DNA of 64,000 nucleotides from an uncultured Eubacteriales bacterium (lineage in GTDB: Bacteria; Bacillota; Clostridia; Oscillospirales; CAG-272): positions 27,303 to 91,302 of the forward strand of contig CAKVOU010000007.1 of NCBI GenBank assembly GCA_934796165.1. The letters are read 5' to 3'. Under the pieces are notes generated by a model that was not told the DNA's origin, did no database searches, and saw nothing but the letters and a program-made list of their open reading frames with translations. Made by a program: the position numbers and the translations under genes. Positions 45,551 through 53,800 of the stretch are shown here, one piece after another; the stretch's first letter is position 1, and every line of letters starts with the position of its first letter.

Positions 45551-47583
45551 GCTTCCTCGCCTCCCGTCAGAATCTTTTTCGCCGGCGTGCCGGGGGTCTC
45601 CGGACGGAGCTGGCGCGCCTGAGACGCGCAGATGTCCCGATAGGTTTCCGATACGCGTAAGAGTTCCTCATGCGGCGCGCAATGGCGGATACTGCCGTCC
45701 GCCTCCAGTACCGCGATGCGGTCGGCTTCCTTCACGCTCGCAATCCGCTGCGCGATGAGAATGACCGTCGTTCCCTTCATCCGCTCGCGGAGCGCCCTCC
45801 GGAGCTTTGCCTCGGTGGAGAGGTCCAGTGCCGAGGTGGAATCGTCGAGAATCAGGATTTCGGGGCGACGGACGAGCGCCCGCGCGATGGAAATCCGCTG
45901 TTTCTGTCCACCGGAGAGCGACGCGCCCTTCTCGGCGATAAAACTGTCAAAGCCGCCTGCAAACCCTTCAATAAATCCGTCTGCCTGCGCGGTATGCGCC
46001 GCAGAGACGACCTCCTCGCGGGTCGCGTCGGGCTTGCCCCATTTGATGTTGTTTTCCACCGTGTCGGAGAACAGTTCGCTCTTCTGCATGACAAAGCCGA
46101 TCTTTTTCCGGAGCGCGGTCAGGTCGTAGTCCCTGACCGGAATCCCGTCCACAAATACCTCACCCGACGTGGGGTCGTAAAAGCGGGGGATGAGCGAGAC
46201 AAGCGAGGATTTTCCCGTGCCCGTCGCGCCGATGACGGCGAACACCTCGCCGCGTCTGACCGTGAGGTCAATATGTTTGAGCACGTCGTCGCCCGCCGTA
46301 CCCGGGTAACGGAAGGAAACATCCGAGAAGCGGATGACGGGGTCGGACGCATTGTCGTTTTGGAACGCTGTGGCAGATTTCGCCGGCTGCGTCGTCGGAA
46401 CGGAGGCAGCCCCCGCAAGTGCGTCGCCTGCGGCGGGGTACCCCGCGGTAAGTCCATCTGAGGCGGAGTTTTCTGCGGTGAATCGATTTGCCGCGGAATT
46501 CTCTGCGGCGGAATTCGCCGCAGTTCCGTTCCCCGCGCCGACCTTGCCGCCGCGGATCACCGGTTCGGTCTCCAGCACCTCGCTGACACGCTTTGCCGAA
46601 GCCAGCGCACGCGACACCGACTGAAACATCATGGTCACCATCATCACCGACATGATGACCTGCGTGATATAGGTGATCGCCGCCATAATGGTGCCGACGC
46701 TCATGCCCGCCTCGCCGATGCGGATCTGCCATCCGCCGATGAAAATGACAGCCGCGATCGCAAAGTTCATGATGACGGTCAGGACAGGAGAGATGATCGA
46801 AAGCAGGCGCAGAACCGAATAATTGGTATCCCGCAGTTCACGGTTTGCCTGATCAAAGCGCTTCCCCTCGTAGTCCTCTCTGACATACGCCTTGACGACT
46901 CTTGCGCCGCTGACGTTCTCCTGCACGATCGAATTGACGCGGTCGAGCTTCTTCTGCACTTTATCAAAGATCGGCACTGCCCGGAAGAGGATCACGCCGA
47001 GCATGACTAAAAGAATCGGGATGGCGCAGGCAAGCACAAATCCGAATTTTACGTTGAGCAAAAGCAGAGCGACGGTTCCGCCGACGAGGAACATGGGCGC
47101 ACGGACGAACATCCGGAGGATCTGTTCGACAAAATCCACAATCATGGAAATGTCGTTGGTCATCCGCGTGACAAGAGAGCCGGTCGTGAAGCGGTCGGTC
47201 TGTTCAATGGAGAGCGACATGACCCGCCCGAAGGCGTCGCGGCGGAGGTCTCTGCCGAATCCCTGCGCCGCCGTCGCGGCAGTCCAGGCGCAGAGGACAC
47301 CGAAGAAACCGCCGACGAGCGTGATACAAAGCATCAGGATACCGAACAGAAGAATGATCTTCATGCGTTCTCCGTCCCCGACTCCGAACAGCGTCATCAG
47401 GCGGAAAGCGATTTCGCTCCCGTGCTCCGGGTCGGTGACGGAGATCCCTTCAATGCCGTAATTGACCAGAAACGTGGTCAGATACGGCAGCAGCAGATCC
47501 GCCAGCACCTCGCCGATCATCATAAGCGGCGACACGATGGCAAGCAAACGATACGGCTTCAGATATTTTATCAGTTTTTTCAT
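45547..47583 (-). CDS. ABC transporter permease/ATP-binding protein (partner half of the heterodimer)
   Basis: GATGTGKSS, LSGGQKQRISIARA, ILILDDSTS. Its stop overlaps the downstream start (ATGA). Confidence 0.9.
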   Translation of the reverse strand: MKKLIKYLKPYRLLAIVSPLMMIGEVLADLLLPYLTTFLVNYGIEGISVTDPEHGSEIAFRLMTLFGVGDGERMKIILLFGILMLCITLVGGFFGVLCAWTAATAAQGFGRDLRRDAFGRVMSLSIEQTDRFTTGSLVTRMTNDISMIVDFVEQILRMFVRAPMFLVGGTVALLLLNVKFGFVLACAIPILLVMLGVILFRAVPIFDKVQKKLDRVNSIVQENVSGARVVKAYVREDYEGKRFDQANRELRDTNYSVLRLLSIISPVLTVIMNFAIAAVIFIGGWQIRIGEAGMSVGTIMAAITYITQVIMSVMMVTMMFQSVSRALASAKRVSEVLETEPVIRGGKVGAGNGTAANSAAENSAANRFTAENSASDGLTAGYPAAGDALAGAASVPTTQPAKSATAFQNDNASDPVIRFSDVSFRYPGTAGDDVLKHIDLTVRRGEVFAVIGATGTGKSSLVSLIPRFYDPTSGEVFVDGIPVRDYDLTALRKKIGFVMQKSELFSDTVENNIKWGKPDATREEVVSAAHTAQADGFIEGFAGGFDSFIAEKGASLSGGQKQRISIARALVRRPEILILDDSTSALDLSTEAKLRRALRERMKGTTVILIAQRIASVKEADRIAVLEADGSIRHCAPHEELLRVSETYRDICASQARQLRPETPGTPAKKILTGGEEA

Positions 47584-47589
47584 ATGAAA

Positions 47590-48201
47590 TCAAAGAGTTC
47601 CTTTCCCCGGAGTTGTCGGACGCTCTGCGGCGTTGCCGGATATTTCCGCGTCCTTTTTTGGGGGAAACGGCGGTCTGTCCGGAAAAACTCCTGCCGCACA
47701 CAGATCCGAAAGAATATTATCGCGCATCCGGAGCAATACTTTTTTTGTTACCTCGTATTCTTCTTCCGAAAAATTCCGCATGACAATCCGGTCGGCGCGG
47801 AGCAGATTTTCCCGCACGAATTCGTCGTGTCCCCTGCCCTTTTCGGTCAGATAAACGCGGACGGCGCGCTGGTCATCCTCGTTGGTTTCCCGGCGGATAA
47901 GTCCCTCTTCCTCCATTTTTTTGAGCGTAACACTGATAGTGGGAGCCTTGAGGGAGGTGGCGCGGACCAGTTCCAGCTGGTTGACGCCGTCGAGGAAGGA
48001 CAGGTGGCGCATGATGAGGCGTGCGCTGTTCTGGGACATCACGCCGACCGTCTCTCCGGAATTCGTCCGCATCCACGCGCCGAACAGCCGGGAAATCTCA
48101 TTGACCAACATGGGCGGGGTGACCTGCTCCGGGTCGGGACACGGCGGCGGGGGCGGCGGAATTTCCGTGGGGCGGGAAGTATTTTTCTGATCTTTTTTCA
48201 A
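47590..48201 (-). CDS. MarR-family transcriptional regulator
   Basis: wHTH LELVRATSLKAPTISVTLKKMEEEGLIRRE. Preferred start is TTG at 48199-48201 (AAAGGAG 9 nt upstream); the alternative is ATG at 48109-48111. The ORF-track N-terminus (to 48465) is repeat read-through. Confidence 0.8.
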   Translation of the reverse strand: MKKDQKNTSRPTEIPPPPPPCPDPEQVTPPMLVNEISRLFGAWMRTNSGETVGVMSQNSARLIMRHLSFLDGVNQLELVRATSLKAPTISVTLKKMEEEGLIRRETNEDDQRAVRVYLTEKGRGHDEFVRENLLRADRIVMRNFSEEEYEVTKKVLLRMRDNILSDLCAAGVFPDRPPFPPKKDAEISGNAAERPTTPGKGTL

Positions 48202-48239
48202 AGGAAATGCACTCCTTTCGGTAATCGGTTTTGAGGAAG

Positions 48240-48600
48240 GCGACTCTTGCGGCAACGTGCACGCAACGGGCTCGCGGCGGCGCTTGCGACGGGCTTGTGC
48301 AACGGGCTTGTGCAACGGGCTCGTGCGGCGGGGGCTTGCGGCGACCGCTTGCAACGGGCTCGTGTGGTGGGCGCTTGCGACGACCGCTTGCAACGGACTC
48401 GCGGTTGGCGCTTGTGGTTGGCACTCGCGGTTGGCGCTCGCGGTGGGCGCTTGCGGCGGGCGCAACGGGCTCGCGGTGGGCGCTTGTGGTTGGCGCTTGC
48501 GGTTGGCGCTCGCGGTTGGCGCCTGTGTGGGCGCTTGCGGCGACCGCTTGCAACGGGCTTGTGCAACGGGCTCGTGCGGCGGGCGCTTGCGGCAGATGTC
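48240..48600. repeat. GC-rich 12-13 nt periodic minisatellite
   Basis: GGCGCTTGCGGT(T) and GCAACGGGCT(C/T)GTG units iterate about 28 times. All six frames are open. Confidence 0.8.
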
Positions 48601-48635
48601 ACGGTGATGTTCGCGTTTTTCGGATCAAAAATTAG

Positions 48636-48678
48636 TTAGTTTATAAACTAATTATACACGTGTTCCCGAAAAAATCAA
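48636..48678 (-). promoter_or_regulatory. candidate marR-ABC promoter with perfect 16-bp palindromic operator
   Basis: Minus strand: TTGATT (48673-48678), 16 nt spacer, TATAAT (48651-48656). Immediately downstream is the palindrome TTAGTTTATAAACTAA (48636-48651). Confidence 0.55.
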
Positions 48679-49046
48679 GAGACAAACGCAATTTTTCCCG
48701 ATTTGTTTACATTTCCCCGGTACATACCGACGCAACGATCGCTGTTTGCCGCTTTGGTGCAGTCACGCAGTCTTTGCGGCGGCAGACAATCGGCAATTTC
48801 CGCACGCTATGAGCAATATTGTAAGACATGAAACACCGCCCGTGGGACATGATAAAAGCAGACGGAAACTGCCGCGGAAAAACCGCGGTCGGGATCCATC
48901 TGCCCTTTTTACAATGCTTGATGATATGGTTACTCCCGCCGCGGCAGTCGTGCCCGCCGGGACAGTGAGGAGCGCCTGCGTCCGTTCCGGAAGCCGGACG
49001 TCGGAGCTCCCCGGAATACAGATTACAGAATAAAGGAAGTCCTTTT

Positions 49047-50108
49047 ATGAAACGTGAACAGTTACAGTCAGGGAAAAACAAAAGACCCGTCAGGTGTGCG
49101 GCAATCCTGACGGCGGCGGTGATGCTGTTCTCGCTTTTCGGCATGGTTCCCGTGTCGGCAAGCGGCGACAGGGTACTGCTTTATCCCGGCGGAATGCCAT
49201 TCGGTGTCAGATTCTTCGTGAACGGCGTTCTGGTCGTCGGGTTTGCCGACGAGGAAGGCGGACGCGAGGCAAACCCGGCAGCAAAAGCAGGAATCCGCAT
49301 CGGAGACGTCATCACCGGGATCAACGGAAAAACCGTGGAGGGCGCGGACCATCTCTCAAAGCTGGTCGCAGACACCGGCGGGAAAGAAATCACGGTCACC
49401 CTCACGCGGGACACGCGCACCATGACAATGAAGCTGACACCGAGCGGCAGTGCGGGCAAGTACCGCACCGGCGTATGGGTACGCGACAGCGGCGCGGGCA
49501 TCGGGACCGTCACCTTTCTCACGGCGGACGGAACGACCTTTGCGGGGCTTGGGCACGGCATCTGCGACACGGACACAGGCAAGCTGATCCCCATGAAGCG
49601 AGGCAGCATCACCGGCGTGACGGTCAGCCAGATCGTGCGCGGACAGCCGGGAACACCGGGAGAAATCAAGGGATATTTCGGTGCGGAAAAGATCGGCGCG
49701 CTGATCGGCAACAGTCACTGCGGGGTGTTCGGTATGCTGACCGAGAAGCCTGCCAACATCCCGGAGGGTCCCTTCCCTGTGGCGAAGCCGGAGGAGGTAC
49801 GCGCGGGCGACGCGTATATCTGGTGTACCATGAATGCGGGGGAACCGCAGAAATATGCAGTGAAGCTGTCGGCGATCGACTGCTCTGCGACGGGCAACAA
49901 ATGCTTTACGGTGACCATCACCGACCCGAAGCTGCTTGAGGTATCGGGCGGTATCGTGCAGGGGATGTCGGGCAGTCCGATCATTCAGGACGGTAAGTTT
50001 GTGGGGGCGGTGACCCATGTGCTCATCAACGATCCGACGACGGGATACGGCATTTTTATCACGAATATGCTCCGCGAGATGCCGGAGATTCTCCGGAAAG
50101 CGGCGTAA
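49047..50108 (+). CDS. spoIVB: SpoIVB sporulation signalling serine peptidase (S55)
   Basis: N-terminal TM, PDZ-like GIRIGDVITGINGK, and the peptidase region GIGTVTF...GLGHGI...GMSGSPI. Confidence 0.9.
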   Translation: MKREQLQSGKNKRPVRCAAILTAAVMLFSLFGMVPVSASGDRVLLYPGGMPFGVRFFVNGVLVVGFADEEGGREANPAAKAGIRIGDVITGINGKTVEGADHLSKLVADTGGKEITVTLTRDTRTMTMKLTPSGSAGKYRTGVWVRDSGAGIGTVTFLTADGTTFAGLGHGICDTDTGKLIPMKRGSITGVTVSQIVRGQPGTPGEIKGYFGAEKIGALIGNSHCGVFGMLTEKPANIPEGPFPVAKPEEVRAGDAYIWCTMNAGEPQKYAVKLSAIDCSATGNKCFTVTITDPKLLEVSGGIVQGMSGSPIIQDGKFVGAVTHVLINDPTTGYGIFITNMLREMPEILRKAA

Positions 50109-50540
50109 GCAAGCGAAGCGGAGACGGGGCGGCGGGAGTTTTCGCTCCGCGGAAAACGCGGGATTTGCTCCGCAAACCCGGAAGTTTTCGACGCGCCGCC
50201 GGAGTTGGCGCGGCGGAGGCGGAAGTCGCCCCGGAGCGAGCGCGGAACGGGGGGAGGCGCGGGGACGGGCACAGGACGTGGAGTCCGCGGAACCGGTGAA
50301 GCCCCGCGCCCGCGCGCCGCGGCTTGCCGCGGCGGAACGGGACGCGCCTTCGGCGCGTCCCAAAACGCGTGAGGCGGCTCCGCCGCCTCACGCGCCCGCG
50401 GGCGCGGGAACGAAGAAATCCCGCCGGACGTCCAGGGGGAGGACCGTCCCCCGCGTTCCGCATCCGGATTCTTCCCGTCCCCGGATAAAAAGCGATCACA
50501 CCGGAACCGGAAGACGGAAAATCCCCTTCTGAAAACATAA

Positions 50541-50612
50541 ATCCCTTCAGACCTTGCGGTCTGAAGGGATTTTCAATATAAAAATCAAGGGCGACCGGCG
50601 GTCGCCCTTGAT
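50541..50612. terminator. two tandem hairpin terminators between convergent genes
   Basis: ATCCCTTCAGACC/GGTCTGAAGGGAT followed by a T-run, and ATCAAGGGCGACC/GGTCGCCCTTGAT. Confidence 0.8.
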
Positions 50613-50734
50613 GCTTTGATAACCCGTGACCGACGGCGCGGCGGGTTTCCCCATGCGTCGCCCTTCGCCGGACAACGCCGCAAAAACGGAAAACAATTCT
50701 CCGCTCCGCGTCGGTTGCCGGAGCCGGTACAGCG

Positions 50735-52249
50735 TCAGTTCATTCCCTTTTCAATGAGAACAAACTCAAAATTATAATTGTGATTTTTCAGATGAATCGT
50801 CCCCGTCGAGGTCACCTCGCGGCAGTCGCCGAGGCTCATCAAATAGTCGTAGCAGGCGCCGCGCGTCACCCAGACGCGTCCCCGGAGCTCATTGATTTCG
50901 GGGCAGTCGAGGGAATCCAACACCCGTGCATTGGGTCCGAAGGAACGGTAGGTTTTCTCCACCTTCCAGTGGGCACCGTTGTAATAATACTGCATATTGC
51001 CGGGATAGCGCACCGTTGCGACAAAGACATCCGCCCCCTCAAAGAAGAAGATGTCGCCCTCCTCCACCTTGTCGTCCAGCGCGTCCGTCACCGCGTCCGC
51101 AGACGGATCATAGATCAGGCGGAAAGTGCCGTAAACCGGGTACGCGGCAAGCGCGACCAGCAGGATCACCGCGACCGCCTTTTTCCATGCGCCCTTCGAC
51201 GTGGCAATCAGATACGCGATCACGAAAACCGTAAACACGAACAGCACCATGGTGTAGCGGATATAGAAGATCTCGCGCACCAGCGACACAAGCATGGAAA
51301 AGAGCACCACGCCGAAATAGGCATAGAGCGACCAGCGGACGGCTTCGCGCGTTTTTTCGGTGTCATCCGGTACCGTCGGCTCCTTGTGCGAACGCCTGTA
51401 CAGAACGATACCAGCGAGAACATAAAGCGCCAGGAACACAAGCCCGCCGTAGCGGTATTGCTTTGTTGTTTCAAAAAAGGTATACAGCTCGTCCCCGACC
51501 AGATGATAGGAAACGAGGTTGTACACGGTGTCGGGCCAGAGAAGACGGATCCAGTCCGCGCCGCCCGTTCTGATCTGGAGCCGGAATACATACGCACCCG
51601 GCAGGTACGCGCAGATCTGCGCGGCGCCGAGGATCAGCCAGCGTCTGACGGAATCCTTTTGCAGAATCGTGCGGACGAGCAGCATGACGTTGATCGCCGC
51701 GACCGTGAAGAGCGCGAAATAATGGGTATACGCCGACGCAATCGAAAAAACGGCAAACAGGATGCAGTTCTTTTTTGTCGCTTCCCCGCGCGAGATGCGG
51801 TAGGCATAGATTGCGGTCAGACCGACCAGATACATTGCCATTGAGTACATCCGGATCTGAAGCGCGTAGGTCAGGGTGGCGCCGAGCAGGTAGGTCACGG
51901 TCGTGAACCAGAAGCCGATACGGTCACCGAAGTCACGGCGGATGTGGGTCAGTCCCAGCGAAGCGAACGCCACCGCGAACAGCGCGGAGAACAGGCGCAT
52001 GACGGGAATGGAGGTTCCGAACACGCGGGTAAAGAGCCAGAGAACGATGTAGTACAGATGCGGATGCACGTCGTAAGATGACCACTTGATCATCTCAAAG
52101 AGGCTTGTGTGATTCATGAGCCCCACGGTGAAGGACTCGTCAAACCAGAGACTGTTTGAAAAACAACCGGAAATCAGATACACAGCTCCCGCGAACAAGA
52201 CGATAAGGTGCCATATGGGAAGCTTTTTTTGTTGGGATATGGTCGGCAT
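50735..52249 (-). CDS. GT-C fold polytopic membrane glycosyltransferase (GT39/ArnT/YfhO-like)
   Basis: 504 aa, 10 or more predicted TM segments. N-terminal WFDESFT-type motif region. Confidence 0.75.
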   Translation of the reverse strand: MPTISQQKKLPIWHLIVLFAGAVYLISGCFSNSLWFDESFTVGLMNHTSLFEMIKWSSYDVHPHLYYIVLWLFTRVFGTSIPVMRLFSALFAVAFASLGLTHIRRDFGDRIGFWFTTVTYLLGATLTYALQIRMYSMAMYLVGLTAIYAYRISRGEATKKNCILFAVFSIASAYTHYFALFTVAAINVMLLVRTILQKDSVRRWLILGAAQICAYLPGAYVFRLQIRTGGADWIRLLWPDTVYNLVSYHLVGDELYTFFETTKQYRYGGLVFLALYVLAGIVLYRRSHKEPTVPDDTEKTREAVRWSLYAYFGVVLFSMLVSLVREIFYIRYTMVLFVFTVFVIAYLIATSKGAWKKAVAVILLVALAAYPVYGTFRLIYDPSADAVTDALDDKVEEGDIFFFEGADVFVATVRYPGNMQYYYNGAHWKVEKTYRSFGPNARVLDSLDCPEINELRGRVWVTRGACYDYLMSLGDCREVTSTGTIHLKNHNYNFEFVLIEKGMN

Positions 52250-52258
52250 GATAACGGT

Positions 52259-53203
52259 TCAATCCTTTTTCAGTTCAATGGAATGGTCCGTTTCGGTTTC
52301 ACGGACGATGTAAACGGGGCGCGCCTTGATCTCAATGAAGATCTGGGAGAGGTACTGCCCGAGGATTCCGAGCCCCAGAAGGATCGAGCCGCCGATGAGC
52401 AGTCCGATGGTACAGCCGGTCAGAACGGAATTCGAGAAAATGATGGCGAGGATCAGCGTGACGATACCGCCCGTGAGGAGCAGTCCGCCCGTAACGGCGG
52501 AAAGATACAGCGGCGCGGTCGAAAATGCGGTAATGCCCTCAAACGCATAGCGGATGAGCTTGCCGAGCGGGAATTTACTGACGCCCGCGACCCGCTTGCT
52601 GTTTTCATACGGAATCCATTTGGTGCGGAATCCGACAAAGCTGAAAATGCCCTTGGAATAACGGCACTTTTCGGGGAGCGCGAGAATCGCCTCAACGACC
52701 TTGCGCTTCATAAGACGGAAATCGCGCGCGCCGCTGACCATTTCCACGTCGGACAATTTGTCGATCAGCTTGTAGAAGGCATTGGCGCCGATGGTCTTGA
52801 GAATCGGTTCCCCTTTTCTTGTGACGCGGCGCGCGGCAACCTGATCGTAGCCCTCGTCCACAATGCCGTCATACATGGTGCGGAGCATGGCGGGCGGGTC
52901 CTGCAGGTCGGCGTCCAGCATGGTCACGAAATCGCCCGTTGCGTTCTCCATGCCCGCAAGCATCGCGGCTTCCTTGCCGAAGTTGCGGGAGAACGAAATA
53001 AACCGGACGCGGTCGTTCTTCTCCCGGAGCCCCTTGATGAGTTCAAGCGTTTTGTCGGTCGAACCGTCGTCCACAAACAGATATTCAAAGTCCACGTCCA
53101 GCGGTGTGAACAGTTCGCGCCGGACGCGTTCCGCCTCACCGAAGAAGGTGAGAACGGTCGATTCCTCATTGTAGCATGGCACGATGACAGATATAGTTTT
53201 CAT
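52259..53203 (-). CDS. GT2 polyprenyl-phosphate glycosyltransferase (GtrB/CsbB-like)
   Basis: ISVIVPCYNEE...VDDGSTD...LDADLQDPP, plus two C-terminal TM helices. Confidence 0.9.
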   Translation of the reverse strand: MKTISVIVPCYNEESTVLTFFGEAERVRRELFTPLDVDFEYLFVDDGSTDKTLELIKGLREKNDRVRFISFSRNFGKEAAMLAGMENATGDFVTMLDADLQDPPAMLRTMYDGIVDEGYDQVAARRVTRKGEPILKTIGANAFYKLIDKLSDVEMVSGARDFRLMKRKVVEAILALPEKCRYSKGIFSFVGFRTKWIPYENSKRVAGVSKFPLGKLIRYAFEGITAFSTAPLYLSAVTGGLLLTGGIVTLILAIIFSNSVLTGCTIGLLIGGSILLGLGILGQYLSQIFIEIKARPVYIVRETETDHSIELKKD

Positions 53204-53616
53204 AGTTTTCCCCCATATGATTCCTGACCGGTCGTTTTTTTGCCGCCCGGCACATCGGCTTTGCGTGCCGACAACACAGACGCGACCGCAGGTACTCGAA
53301 ATCTGGTTACAGTTTCCACACTATTATAACATAGGACGGACGAGAGTGCAAGAAGTTTCCGAAATTCAGGAAAAAACTTGCGAATCCGTCGGAAAATTTC
53401 CCGACAGCCGCAGGGCGTAATTTTCAGGCAACCCCGCTTATACGGATGTCCGTACAAACAGCTTTGTGCGGAACTTTCTTTTAAGCAGATCCGTGCCACC
53501 CCTCTTATCGGCTTGTCCGGTCAAGTCAATCTGCCCCTTTGCTCCCAATTTCTTGAAATTTTTATTTCAACTGTCATTTTATGGCAGTCTGCGACATGGT
53601 TTGTCAGAAAAAGTCC

Positions 53617-53625
53617 TGCTATAAT
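53617..53625 (+). promoter_or_regulatory. extended -10 promoter upstream of the phage head module
   Basis: TGCTATAAT about 175 nt upstream of the TerS GTG. Confidence 0.45.
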
Positions 53626-53800
53626 CAGCTTGCACGGGGCAAACGTGCATCGCCGCAGGCACAAAGTGAGGCGCGGAGAGCGGAACGCAGAAAAGCGGAA
53701 AGCAGAAACGTCAAGCGAAACTCCTGCGGCGAGAGGACAGGCACGGAGGTTCTCCGGAAACGGCGGACCTCCGGAATCCGGAAGAAAGGAGTCAGGCACA

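Noticed and set aside
48098-48639. Six overlapping ORFs (102-151 aa) on both strands, and the ORF-track N-terminus of the MarR ORF
   Set aside because: They are translations of the 12-13 nt minisatellite, which is open in all frames. MarR has a good SD and start downstream of the array.
48707-49144. 145-aa minus-strand ORF and 95-aa plus-strand ORF upstream of spoIVB
   Set aside because: No SD at any candidate start, and the minus-strand ORF overlaps the spoIVB start. No recognisable motifs. Treated as the spoIVB upstream regulatory region.
50017-50538. 171-aa and 159-aa ORFs in the spoIVB downstream region, and 335-aa ORF 49356..50363
   Set aside because: Arg/Pro/Gly/Ala-rich products of about 75% GC palindromic sequence, or antisense to spoIVB.
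53378-53800. Upstream 141 codons of the 482-aa TerS ORF
   Set aside because: The region contains a promoter-like TGCTATAAT and AT-rich non-coding sequence. A GTG with an AAAGGAG SD at 53801 is a far better start.
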